DNA from: Mobula hypostoma
Lineage: Eukaryota
Length of the DNA: 64,000 nucleotides
Assembly (NCBI RefSeq): GCF_963921235.1
Contig: NC_086097.1
Coordinates: 70,868,001-70,932,000, forward strand
Reading direction: 5' to 3'
Below, piece after piece: positions 37,621-49,979 of the stretch. Made by a program: the position numbers and the translations under genes. The notes under the pieces were generated by a model, which was not told where the DNA came from, did not search any database, and saw nothing but the letters and a program-made list of their open reading frames with translations. Numbering within the stretch: position 1 is the stretch's first letter; the number at the start of each line of letters is the position of its first letter.

Positions 37621-40619
37621 CTACTTTTCTTTTTCAATATTTTTATTAGTTTCTACATAGAAGAATACAGAGTACAAGAAAGTATATATAAAGGTCGAAA
37701 AAAACAACTACCAATTACATTAAATCTATTCATAATAACAATCTCATTACCCTGTATTCATGTAGGTTAGTCAAAGTTATATTGAAATATACTACTTTAT
37801 TACAAAAAGAAGAATCTAACCCCTACCAAGACCGAAGCTGTTTATTAAGGAAAAAAAAAGGTAAAATACCTTCGCGTATAATAAAAATTAATAATAGCCA
37901 ACATCTGAATTTAAACAATGAATTGAGGTTTTTGAAAGTTTTAAAAATAATTCAGAAAGGGTCCCCACAATGTTTGAAAGTCTTGACAAGATACAGAAAT
38001 TGAACAGCGAATCTTCCCTAAGTCTAAGCATGACATAAACGTCGCATAACCATTGACAATGAGCGAGAGGAGAAACGTTTTTCCATTTAAACAAAGGCGC
38101 CCTCCTAGCTATAAGAGAGCTAAAGGCCAAAATATGTAAATCTGATGTCTTCAACTTGATATCTTGTCCTGCAACAATATATAAATATAAATATAGGGCC
38201 GTCAGAGGATTAGGCTTAAAATTGACTTTGAAAAGTAAAGAAAAAGTATGAAAAACTTCCAATATTTTTCAAGACATGGACAAGTACAAAACATATGAAT
38301 TAATGAAGCTTCTCCATTATTGCATCTGTCACAGTAGGGAGATATATCCGAATAAAATTGAGATAGCTTATCTTTAGTCATACGGACTCTATGTACCACC
38401 TTAAATTGTATGAAGGAATGGCGAGCACATAGTGATAACGTATTAACCAATTTAAAAAAATTTGTTCCACGTTTCCTCAGATACTTATGTCTGTAAGTCT
38501 TGTTCCCAGAGAGTCTTAATTTTGTCTAAAGGAGCATTCCTCGTCTCCAGTAATATACCATAAATATTAGATATTGAAGCATTATAAAAAGGTGTCAAAT
38601 TAAAAATTACATCTAGTAAGATCTTATCTGAGCTTATAAGAAATGTGCATAATTGAGATCTTAGAAAGTCTCTAATTTGTAGATATCTAAGAAAGTGAGT
38701 TTTGGATAGGCCATATTTAGCTGACAATTGTTCAAATGAAAAAAGATTTCCTCCAACAGATCCCAAAAACATTTAATACCCAACCTGTCCCATTCTTTAA
38801 AAACTAAATCAGTCATGGAGGGTTTAAAAAATTAAAACAAATGAGACTAGAAAGGGAAAATCTCAATAAACCAAAATGTTTTCTAAATTGTATCCAAATC
38901 CTCAGGGTATGTTTAACTATTAAATTATCAGTTAGTTTACTTACAAATAAATGAAGTGAGGATCCAAGAAGAGAAATAATAGAAAATTTATTAACAGAAT
39001 TAGCTTCTAAAGAAACCCATACTGGACAGTCTACGCGATTAATATAATATATCCAAAATGTAAGATATCATATATTAATTGCCCAGTAATAAAGCCTAAA
39101 ATTAGGTAAGGCTAATCCTCCAGACTTTTTAGGTTTTTGAAGATGAACTTTATTTACGAGGATGTTTATTTTTCCATATATATGAGGATAAAATAGATTC
39201 AGGAGAGTCAAAAAAGGATTTAGGAATAAAAATGGGTAAAGCCTGAAAAAGATATATAAATTTAGATAGAATATTCATTTTAATAGAATTAATTTGTCCA
39301 ATCAACAATATTGAAAGAGATGACCAATTTAATAATATCTTTTTTACATGATTCAATAAAGTAAGGAAGTTTTCTTTAAACAGGTGTTTATAATTGTTAG
39401 TGATTGTTACACCCAAATAAGTAATTTCATTCCTTACAATTTTAAAAGGAGGATTAGTATTAATTGGTACCAAATTATTTAAAGGAAATAACTCACTCTT
39501 ATGTAGGTTCAATTTATATCCTGAAAACTGGCTAAAACGGGAAAGTAAAGGAAGTACATAAGGTAACAAAATCTCAACATTCGAGATAAAAAGCAGTATA
39601 TCATCAGCGTAAAGTGAGATTTTGTGGATGATATCTCTTCTTAAAATAACACAGGTATCATTAGATTCTCGAAAAGCAGTAGCAAGGGGTTCTAAAGCTA
39701 AATCAAAAAGCAAGGCACTCAACAGACAGCCTTGTCTAGTTCCCTGGTGAAGTTTAAATGGTTTGGAATTTTGAAAATTAGTAAGAACTCGAGCAGAAGG
39801 AGATAAATGAAGTAATTTAATCCATTGAATAAAATCTGGTCCAAAATTAATTTTTTCTAAGGCTTTAAATAAATAATTCCATTCAACCCGATCGAAGGCC
39901 TTCTTAGCATCTAAGGATATTACACATTCCGATATTTCCTGAGAAGGAGAGTAAATAACATTTAATACACGGCGTATATTAAAATGGGAATATCGGTTTT
40001 TAATAAATCCAGTCCGATCATCAGAAATAATAGAAGGTAAAATATTTTCAATCCTATGAGCCAGAACTTTAGAAAGAATTTTAGTATCGACATCAAGTAA
40101 TGAAATTGACCTATATGAAGTGCATTCAGCTGATCCTTGTTCTTTTTTAGGATAAGCAAAATAGAAGCTTCATAAAAAGATTGAGGCAAACTACCCAATT
40201 TGAAAGAATCCAACAGGACTAAGTGTAACTGCGGTATAATTAATGAAGAAAAAGCCTTATAAAATTCTCCAGAAAATCCATCTGGACCCGGAGCCTTCCC
40301 CGAGTGTAATGAACATATTGCCTCGGCAATTTCCTCATAATAAATGGGTTGATCCATCTGTTTGCAATTATCTGCGGAAAGTGCAGGGATATTTAATTGA
40401 TCTAAAAAATTGTTCATTAAAGTATTTTCTGTAGGGGAGTCAGAACTATAAAGTATAGAATAGAATTCTCTAAAGGTATCATTTATTTCAGAGTAATCAT
40501 TTGTTCTATCACCATTAGTTTTGCAAATTTCTTTAATTTGTCGTGTAACTACAGAAGTTTTTAATTGGTTGACCAATACTTAGCCTGATTTATCTCTGTG
40601 AATGTAAAATTGAGTTTTA

Positions 40620-40850
40620 TTAGATTAGATTAGATTATGAGGACCCTTAGTCCTCGTTTATTGTCATTTAGAAAAGCATGCATGCATTAAGAAATGTTAC
40701 AATGTTCCTCCAGAGTGATATCACAGAAAAACAGGACAAACCAAAGACTAACACTGACAGAACCACATAATTATAACATATAGTTACAGCAGTGCAAAGC
40801 AGTACCATAATTTGATAAAGAGCAGACCATGGGCATGGTAAAAAAAAGAA
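40620..40850 (-). mobile_element. Short LINE tail (Rex1/L2-type, (AATCT)n end) inserted in L1 ORF2
   Basis: tagattagattagatt and tttattgtc (minus-strand AATAAA) interrupting the L1 ORF2. Confidence 0.65.
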
Positions 40851-41904
40851 GTTGAATTTCAATTGGATATGTTAACAGAAGATCAACTTTAGTTTTAACT
40901 TCAACACATCTTTTATATAGAACAGGGTCTGGAGCTATAGCATATTTTTGATCTAATTGTTTTAATTGATTGGCTAATTCAATTCTTCCTTTATTACCTT
41001 TGTTCTTAACACTCGCAGTATAAGAAATAATTTGTCCTCTAATATAGGCCTTGAGGGTATCCCATACAATAAGATTAGAAGTCTCTTCCTGTTTATTCTC
41101 CTCAAAAAAAAATAATATGCTTCTCTAGAAATTTTTAAAATTCCTTATCAGATAACAAAGTTGTATTAAGATGCCAGAATCTGTTGGCTTGAAGAAGACC
41201 AGGGAGTTTTAAAGATAAAAATATAGGAGCATGGTCTGAAACAGCAATCTCTTGATATTCACAGGAATGAACTGATGAGATTACTTGACTATCGATAAAA
41301 AAAATCAATCCTGGAATATGTGTGATGAACATGGGAAAAAATGAATATTCCCTATCTAATGGATGTAAGAAACACCAAACATCAACTATACCTCACTTTA
41401 ATAAAAAGGATTGAATAAACAAAGTTGATTTATTAAGAGCCGCTGGTTTAGAAGCTGATTGGTCTAAGATTGGGTCTAGCCAACAGTTAAAATCTCCTTC
41501 CATCACCAAAGAATAAAGATTCAGATCTGGTAAAAATGAAAAAAAGCATTCAAAGAATTTTGGGTCATCTACATTTGGGGCATACACAGTGCCAAATACT
41601 ATTTTATTATCTAGTTTTCCTGAGACTATAACAAAACGTGCATTAGTATCAGACACTACTTTATGTTGGACAAAGGAAAGTGTATTATCTATAAGAATCG
41701 AAACTCCTCTAGATTTGGCCTGAAAAGAAGAGTGAAAACAAAGTCCATTCCAACGGCTAAAAAACCGTAGATTATCACATTAGCGTATGTGAGTTTCTTG
41801 TAAAAAAATAATAGAGACCTTAAATTTCTTAATATAAGCAAAAATCTTATTACGTTAACCCTTTCACGTTAAAACTGAGTAAAGTAGTAGTTTGGTCCAT
41901 TTTT

Positions 41905-43856
41905 TTAATATAATTTTTATTGAGTTTTCAAAGTAAATACAAGAGAAAAAAAATCTACCCTCCCCCCCGATATATACTACTACCTAAAGAGAAAAGAAAA
42001 AAAAAGAAGAACCGCCGGAATATTGGAAGGTTTCCACATGCTCCATGGGATTAAAAATATATTTAATATATATTTGTTACTTTCCCCAAGGAACCAAGAT
42101 CTTTAGCATATCTAAAACATTACTTAGCTTCTCAACTCTCTTAGTTCCCTGGGGAATCTCTTTGAACTTCACCATGTTGCTATGTGTTTCCCTCCCAATC
42201 ATCCAGGCAAAAAGAAAAAAAAATAGATGAGATACAAAAAAAGAAAAAACAAAATACCCCCCCACTAATGTTGTGAATGAAAAGATACACAACACTACCA
42301 TCCTCCATTTTGCAGGTCGTGGCTATTGCTACGTTTGCACACATGAATAATGTAGCGATTCGTTAGTGTTTCTTCCAGCTCCCCGGTAACAAAAAATTGT
42401 ATATATATAAAAAAGAAATTAATGTCATTATTCCCAGCTAGTATTCCTCAAATTTTAACCTTTCTTCCCCTCCCTCATATAATTAATAATATATTTATAT
42501 ATTCATCCACCTAAAAATCCAACAGGCCTATTCTTTGATCCAGTCTTCATCTTCAATCCATCTCACTCCCCTGGGTTTGTTCTTGTATCTGGTGAATATT
42601 CAAAGAATCTCGCACAAACTCCTCTGCTTTCCGGTAATCGTCAAAAAATCTTTTTTCCTCCACCATTCAAAAAAATCTTCAAGGTTGCAGGATAATGCAA
42701 TATAAATTGATAACCGTGATCCCATAGGGCTTTTTGCACTGGATTAAATTTCTTTCTTCTCTTCAAAAGTTCATAACTTATGTCAGGGTAGAAACAAATT
42801 TTCTTCCCTTCTATCATCAGTGGCCCTTTTCTCTTCTTGGCAGCTTGGGCAGCTGCCTGTAGAATCCTTTCTTTGTCTTGAAATCTTAAGAATTTTATTA
42901 AAGTTGATCGTGGATATTGGTCATCTTGTGGTTTTGGTCTTAGAGCTCTATGTACCCGCTCAATTTCAATTGATCGGTCTTCCTCTTTCATTTGCAAGGT
43001 TTTCGGGATCCATCTTTGAAAAAATTCTATTGGATTATCTCCCTCTATACCTTCTTTAAGACCAACAGTTTTAATATTATTACGTCTACTAAAATTTTCC
43101 AACACATCCACTTTCTCCAAGAGTCGATTTCTTTCCGTGTTCCAGACAAGCACATCATTTTCTGTTTTTTCCACTCTATCGTTAATATGCTCCATTGTTC
43201 TTTCCATCTTCTGAAGTTTCTTATCCATTTTATCCTGTCTTTTCATAGCTTTATCATAGCACATCTTCACGTCTCTAAGCTCTGTTCTTAATTTTCTTAG
43301 TTCAGCCATTAATTGTAATAAAGCCTCTCTTATGTCTCCGTCGTCTCCTTTACTTCCAGTCTCTTCCAGTTCTTCTTCCTCTTCTTCATCATCTGTATTC
43401 TCTGCGGAATCCAATTCTGACTCTGAGTCACTTTCAGTTGCAGTGGCCGTCGGTTCTTATAGTTTAAGTTGTGTAGATTTGCGTATGCTTACTTCTTTGC
43501 GCATGCGCATTTCCGGCATCTTCTTCCGAGAGTCCGCTACCGCCGCCATTGCTCCCTGTTCTTCTATGCCAGACATAAAATATGTCTCCTCCGAAGGAGA
43601 TCCAACCTGAATCCGAGGCTCCATCGCTGTAGTAGGTCCTTTTCTTCCCATCTCGCGGCGACTTCACAACAACAGACTTCTTCTGTTGTTTACGTTGCGG
43701 TTTACGAGGCATATCGTAGAGTAGTCTTACGAAGTTTATAAGTAGTTTTCGGAAAGTATTTTTTAACTTTACTTTGTTTAAATGGTACTTTGCTGATTTT
43801 TTACGGAGAGCTGGATTTACACGTCTCAATCCCATGTCATCACGTGACGCCCCCCC
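41905..43856 (-). mobile_element. ORF1-only L1 derivative (HAL1-like) with 14-bp TSD
   Basis: 5' end GGGGGGGCGTCACGTGATG; ORF1 (coiled coil, LENFSRRNNI, IERVHR, FYPDIS); no EN or RT; AATAAA plus short A-tail; TSD tttggtccattttt at 41891-41904 and 43857-43870. Confidence 0.85.
42641..43414 (-). pseudogene. L1 ORF1p-like reading frame (257 aa open segment; original start probably the ATG at 43712)
   Basis: In frame with the upstream segment 43457-43651 across a single stop; a frameshift links to MPRKPQRKQQKK at 43712. Confidence 0.85.
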
Positions 43857-44630
43857 TTTGGTCCATTTTTAATATTGTTTAAAGGAAGGGTTAAAATGTA
43901 AGTTAAAAACCAAACCATAAACCTTGAGAAATGGTAACTAAGCAATAAGTTGGCTAAAAATTCGCTAACAGCTTCTAGGGAATAGACCATAACCCCGCCC
44001 ACCTCCCAAAGAAAGAAAACTGACCAATAGAAAGTCAGCATCTACAAACTACTGACAACTCCCCAAAAACCTGGTAATCATTCCAAATAGTTTCCAGGTT
44101 ATTTATATTCCAACCTAGACTAAACAATACCCAAACAAGAGATTCAGCTCTCGTATATCAAAAATACAGTATTAAAAATACAAAAGGAAATTAGTTACAA
44201 AGGTTTACCTGTCATGGTCCGGATTGGGGTCCCTTTAAATTTGGTTTGTTTATGTTACGATCCGAACCGTTGATTCCCTGTTTTCCCGTGTCCCTCGACT
44301 TTGGTGATTAGAGGCAATTAACACTCGGCTGAACCGGTAGTTTATAGTCTCCGGCTTTCAGCCGTTCAGCGCGGGAGCATCTGCAAAATCTGCAAAGTCA
44401 CGGCGTGCCAATGTCATCTGGCCGGACCAAGCCTTGTCTCCGCCCGAAGCGAGTGCCGGTAATTCGCCTTTCCTCACTGGAGCAACCCTGTCCAGTTACC
44501 TCGCCGAAGCGAGCCTGCAAAGTTTCCTCTTCAAGGTGGGTCCGTCAGTTAACCCGCCGGAGAGAATCATGAGCCGCTGTCTACTGTTCCCGGGCCGAGT
44601 CGAGAGCTGGGCACTACTCAGAGGTTCCAA

Positions 44631-44955
44631 GCACCACGTCCACGTCCTGGCTCCGGCGGCATCCGAGTACCACGTCCACGTCCTGGCTCCAGCGGCATCC
44701 AAGTACCACGTCTAGGTCCTGGCTCTGGCGCCGTCCAAGTACCACGTCCACGTCCTGGCTCCGGCGGCGTCCAAGTATCACGTCCACGTCCTGGCTCCGG
44801 CGGCGTCCAAGTACCATGTCCACGTCCTGGCTCCGGCGGCGTCCAAGTATCACGTCCACATCCTGGCTCCGGCGCTGTCCAAGTCCTGTCCCTGGCAGCA
44901 TTCAAGTACAATGTCCAAGTCCTGGCTCTGGCGGCATTCAAGTACCATGTCAAGT
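44631..44955. repeat. 36-bp minisatellite (~9 units) inside the solo LTR
   Basis: Unit gtaccacgtccacgtcctggctccggcggcgtccaa. Confidence 0.95.
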
Positions 44956-45274
44956 CCTCCAGTTCTGAGTCTAGTCCTGGCCCTGGCGGTCTGTGATTCC
45001 TGTCCTACCCCCTTGACTGAATCCCTTCTCTGCCCCTCTCACCTCTAGCCCTCGTCTGCAACCTCCGCCTGCACTTCGGTCTAGTTCCATCACTGGAGCT
45101 AGCTAGGCACTGTCTGGTGTTCATTCGTGTTGGTCTTGTCTTGTCTTGTCCTCGCCTCCGCGGGGTAGGTCAGGCCGTCTTGCCGTTGCCCCGCAGGGTG
45201 TCATGTTCTGTCTTGTCTTGTCCTAGGTTCCGGGGCGTAAGTCAGGCCGTCTTGCCGTTGCCCCACAGAGGTCA

Positions 45275-45450
45275 TGAGTCCCGGCCCTATGTCCTGTACC
45301 CAAGGAGGGGTTCCAGCTCTCTGTTCTGTGTGTGAGTCCTGGCCCTATGTCCTGTACCCAAGGAGGGGTTCCAGCTCTCTGTTCTGTGTGTGAGTCCCGG
45401 CCCTATGTCCTGTACCCAAGAAGGGGTCCCGACTCTTGTGTTCTGTGTAT
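45275..45450. repeat. 58-bp tandem repeat x3 inside the solo LTR (a ~70-bp duplication precedes it at about 45135-45270)
   Basis: Unit tgagtcccggccctatgtcctgtacccaaggaggggttccagctctctgttctgtgtg. Confidence 0.9.
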
Positions 45451-47709
45451 GTGTCCATGGTTCCATGTACCTGCTCCCGAGACCGAGGCTCTGCGTTCCC
45501 ATGTTCCTCCTCTCCCTAGCCCATGTCATGTCCATGCCTGGTTCTGGGGTCCGAGCCTGAGGCAAGACCCAGGTACTGGGTCCTTGCCCAGTCTCTGGCT
45601 CGGAATCCATACCCTAGTCTCTTCATGTCTCCTCTAGTTCTGGGAGCCGATTCCGAGTCCTAGCCCAGACCCTTGGCCCCAGCCTGGTCGTAGTCCTCAG
45701 TCCTTGTCCACTTCGCTACTCCTGCTCCTGCCTAGCTGTCATGGTATCAAACAATAAACTAAATCTAAGTAACCTCACAAGATGTGTCTTGCATTTGGAT
45801 CCACCCCTTGCTCCCAATGGCCCGCCATTGTGACATTACCAAAAGTAAAAGATATAATTATTCATACAGATAGACATTAAACATTAATCTTATATCTTCA
45901 TGGAAAAACAGACTAAGTAATTAACTTCCAAATTTAAAAAATCTTTGTGCTTCAACATTCAAATGAAGCTATTCGAAGGATCCATCTTTAATGAGATTCT
46001 CAGTCAAACTGGGTAGCCAATGGACGGGTTAAAACCCTTGTTAAAAGAAGTTCCAACAGAGCTTGTTTAAACTTAGCACACTCCTGCATAACCTCAAAGC
46101 GAATAATCTTCGAGAATCTTAATATTCCACCCTATAACCAGACATGTCCCTTCGACGGAGTTTGCAAATTAAAAGTTTCTCATTTAATCTTGTGTCTTCA
46201 TGTAAGGAGAAATTAAACAATTAGCCTTCGGATTTAACCTTCAGATTTTAAAAACTTTTGTGCTTCAATAGTTGAGTGGAACCATTTGAAAGAACCGATT
46301 TTAAGTGTGATTCTGAGTCGGACTGGATAGCGAAGGGAAGGCTTGAAACCCATATTAAAAAGCTTGGACATAACCTCTTTGAATTTAACATGTTTCTGCA
46401 TAACCTCCGGCGAATAATCTTCAACAATTCTAATCTTGCGACCATTATAGTCAATCATGCCTCTTCGATGAGATTCGTGAATTAAGAGTTCCTTTGTTTT
46501 AAGCTCATGAAAGCAGATTATTACTGATCTTGGTTTCTGAGCGTTAGGAGATCTAAATGCAGGAGATCTGTGAACTCGTTCGATCATAGGCATAGACGGC
46601 AAAATCTCTGGAAATAATTTTTGCAAAATGTTTGCAAAAAACTCCATAGGATGGTTACCTTTGATTAATTCTTCGAGACCCAGAACCTATAAGTTGTTAC
46701 TTCTACTTCTATTTTCTAGGTCGATAATCTTCTGTCTTAACTTTTCGCTGGACTTTGATTGCTTTTCACAAAGCTTCTGCAATTCATCCACTTTCGTCTC
46801 CAGAGCCAACAAATTTTCCTCATTATTTTTAATATGTTTATCGTGTTCATTAAGAGTTGGTTGAATAGAGTCCAATTTACCATCTATTTGTTTAAATTCA
46901 GTGCTGAATTGTTGAAACTTCTCAGAGGCTTCTTGTGTATGACTTTGCAGCAATTCCATATTAGAATCCGAAGAGGCAGGAAAATCATCCTTTTTAGTAT
47001 CTCTGGCACTCCTTCCAGCCATAATGAAAGAATATCACACTTAAAAAATAAGTTTCAAGACAGGTTGGAAATAGTAAGATAATTAAAGTTGGAGTAGATT
47101 GCTGTTACTCCATCAGGTTTCCTCATTCTTAAAGGGGAACTGCTTTTGCGTCCTGACAAAGTAATTCGCTGGGACAAAATAGTTACAAGGATGATCTGAT
47201 ATCTTCTCCCAAGCACTGAAAATTAATGTTGTGAATGCTGACTCTTTTGAGTAAACAAATATCTGAACTATTGATACAGCAAATATGCCGTTACCATGCT
47301 AAGTGACAATAATAGTCTGGTCTGAAACCTACCTTGCATTCAATCACACTGGTGCAAAATAATAGCTCATATTGTCTGGGTTGATGCAGGCCAATTAACA
47401 TGATACCATTGTCTTGCATCTTCATGATCACCACTTTGTATACCATATCTCTCGACTAGTGGACAAGTGGCCTGTGTTCAGGCTACTGTTGTGAGCCATT
47501 TGATGAACAGCATTGAGTTACTTCTTGACACCCTATATAACCCCATCCCAATCCACTGGTTACATTGGTTAATATTGCAGTGTGGGGTAAACAAAGTAAT
47601 CCAGCAAGATATATTAGTGAATATGATGTGCTATTTTCCCAATTAAAAGCTATTTGCAAACATATCTGAATGACTGGTGTCTTGTCGCACTCATTTCAAT
47701 AATAAGCAA

Positions 47710-49755
47710 ATGCTTAGGGAGGCTTGTCAAGGACTACAGCTGCAGCATGCTACCACCCAAACTGGACCCCCTTCAATTTGCCTACTGACACAACTGATCG
47801 ACAGATGACGTAATAGCCACAGCTCTGCACACCATCCATACACAACTGGAGAAGGGGGATGCTTATGTGAGAATGCTGTTCTTGGACTACAGTTCAGCAT
47901 TCAACACCATAATTCCCTCCAGGTTCAACAAGAAGCTCAGAAACCTCGGCCTTCACCCTGTCTTGTGCAGCGGGATCCTGGTCTTCCTGTTATATCACCA
48001 GCAGGTGGTAAGAGTGGGCTCCCTCATCTCTGCCCCTCTGACCCTCAACACAGGTGCCCCTCAGGGCTGTGTCTTAAGCCCCCTCTTTTACTATCTGTAT
48101 ACCCGTGAGTATGTTGCCACCCACAGCTTCAATCTGCTAATTAAATTTGCTGACAATACTACATTGATTGGCCTTATCTCAAATAATAACGAGGCAGCTT
48201 ACAGAGAAGAAGTTATCACCCTGCCGCAGTGGTGTCAAGAAAAGAACCTCTACCTCAATGTCACAAAAACAAAGGAGCTGGTTGTGTACTACAGGAGGAA
48301 TGGCGACAGGCTAACCCCTATTGACGTCAATGGATCTGGGGTTGAGAGGATGAACAGCTTTAAGTTCCTTGGCAAACAAATCAATCATGGCTGATTTTTC
48401 TTTTCTATCTCCTCCTCAACCCCAGTTCCTGGCCTTCTCCCCATAACCTTTGATACCATACCCAATCAAGAGCCTATCAATCTCTGACTTTAATACACCC
48501 GACGACCTGGCCTCCACAGCTGCATGTGGCAACAAATTCCACAATTTCACCACCCTTTGGCTAAAGAAATTTCTCTGCATCTCTGTTTTGAAAGGGCGCC
48601 CCTCTATCCTGAGGCTGTGCCCTGTTGACCCAGACTCTCCCACCATGGGAAACATCCTTTCCGCATCTACTCTGTCTAGGCCTTTTAACATCCAGAAGTT
48701 TTCAATGAGATCTCTCCTCATCCTTCTGCATTCCAGCAAGTACAGACCCAGAACCATCAAACATTCCTCGTATGATAACCCTTTCATTCCTGGAATCTCC
48801 TTTTCAACCTCCTCTGGACCCTCTCCAATGCCAGCACATCTTTTCTAAGATGAGGAGCCCAAAGCTGTTCACAATACTCAAGGTGAGACCTCACCAGTGT
48901 CTTATAAAGCCTCAGCATCAGATTCTTGCTCTTGTCTTCTGACCTCTTGAAATGAGTGCTAACATGGCACTTGCCTTCCTCACCACCGACTCTACCTGCA
49001 AGTTAACCTTTAGGGTGTTCTGCACAAGGACTCCTAAGTCACTTTGCGTCTCAGATTTTTGTATTTTCATCCCATTTAGAAAATAGTCCGCACATTTATT
49101 TCTACAAGCAAAGTGCATGAGAATGCAGTTTCCAACATTGTATTTCATTTGCCACTTTCTTGCTATTCTCTTAATCTGTCTAATTCCTTCCGCATTCGAC
49201 CTGTTTCCTCAACACTACCTTCCCCTCCACCAATCTTTGTATCATCTGCAAACTTGGCAACAAAGCCATCTATTCCATCATCTAAACCATTTCTATACAG
49301 CATAAAAAGAAGTCGTCCCAACATCGACCCCTGTGGAACACCACTAGTCACTGAGAGCCAACCAGAAAAGAATCCTTTTATTCCCACTCACTGCCTCCTA
49401 CCAATCAGCCAATGCTCTAGCCATGTTAGTAACTTTCCTGTAATATCATGGGCTCTTAACTTGGTAAGCAGTCTCCCAAACTGTTCCAGCTGCTACCATT
49501 TGGGAAACGATACTGCAGCATTAAAGCCAGGACCAACGGGCTCCGGACAGCTTCTTCCACCAGGCCATCAGACTGATTAATTCATGCTGATACAATCGTA
49601 TTTCTATGTTATATTTATTGCCCTGTTGTACATATTATTTTATACAAATTACTAAAAATTGCACATTGTACATTTAGACGGAGATGTAACGTAAATATTT
49701 TTACTCCTCATTTATGTGAAAGATGTAAGTAATAAGTCAATTCAGTTCAATTCAA
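47710..49755 (+). mobile_element. Rex1/Babar RT fragment split by a CR1
   Basis: [29 protein letters not shown]; the 3' part resumes at about 49472; same subfamily as 17170-17855. Confidence 0.9.
48372..49471 (-). mobile_element. CR1 RT/3' fragment
   Basis: SGVPQGSMLG, KFADDTKIGG, FFSQRVVKLWN. Confidence 0.92.
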
Positions 49756-49900
49756 TAATACATAGCAAATAATGGTGATCTGAGCAAGTACAAACCAACC
49801 AGTTAGCCCAAAAATTAATTCACAACAGCTCACAAACATGAATCAATTCATTGGGAAAAAAATGAGAAATCTGTTGGAAGCAATTGTTAATAGTCTAGAG

Positions 49901-49979
49901 CAGGTGTTCCCAACCTGGGGTCTATAGACCACTTGCTTAATGGTATTGGTCCATGGTTAAAAAAGGTTGGGAACCCCTG
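49901..49979. mobile_element. 79-bp hAT/Charlie-type MITE
   Basis: TIRs CAGGTGTTCCCAACC / GGTTGGGAACCCCTG; 8-bp flanks gtctagag / ccctagag (Charlie-like nTCTAGAn target). Confidence 0.85.

Larger units (their letters stand above)
44210..45835 (+). mobile_element. Solo LTR (1626 bp, Gypsy-like) in the L1 inter-ORF spacer
   Basis: TGTCA...TGACA termini; exact 5-bp TSD TTACC (44205-09, 45836-40); AATAAA at about 45753; CpG-rich. Confidence 0.9.
37622..47125 (-). mobile_element. Near-full-length L1-clade LINE (disrupted ORF1 47022-46234; disrupted ORF2 from 41900 to about 37900) carrying three nested insertions
   Basis: ORF1: LENRSRSNNL, IERVHR, IRIVEDYS. ORF2: EN (VYAPN, GDFN, SDHAP), RT (KAPGPDGF, LYADD), CCHC (CDRC..HMFCTCP). 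The minus strand has AATAAA and an A-tail at about 37625-37647. Confidence 0.92.

Noticed and set aside
44631..44955. 36-bp repeats resembling a CRISPR array or a repeat protein (ORFs 44614-44953)
   Set aside because: The units are head-to-tail with no unique spacers, lie inside a solo LTR, and no cas genes are present; the ORFs are a by-product of a GC-rich 36-nt period.
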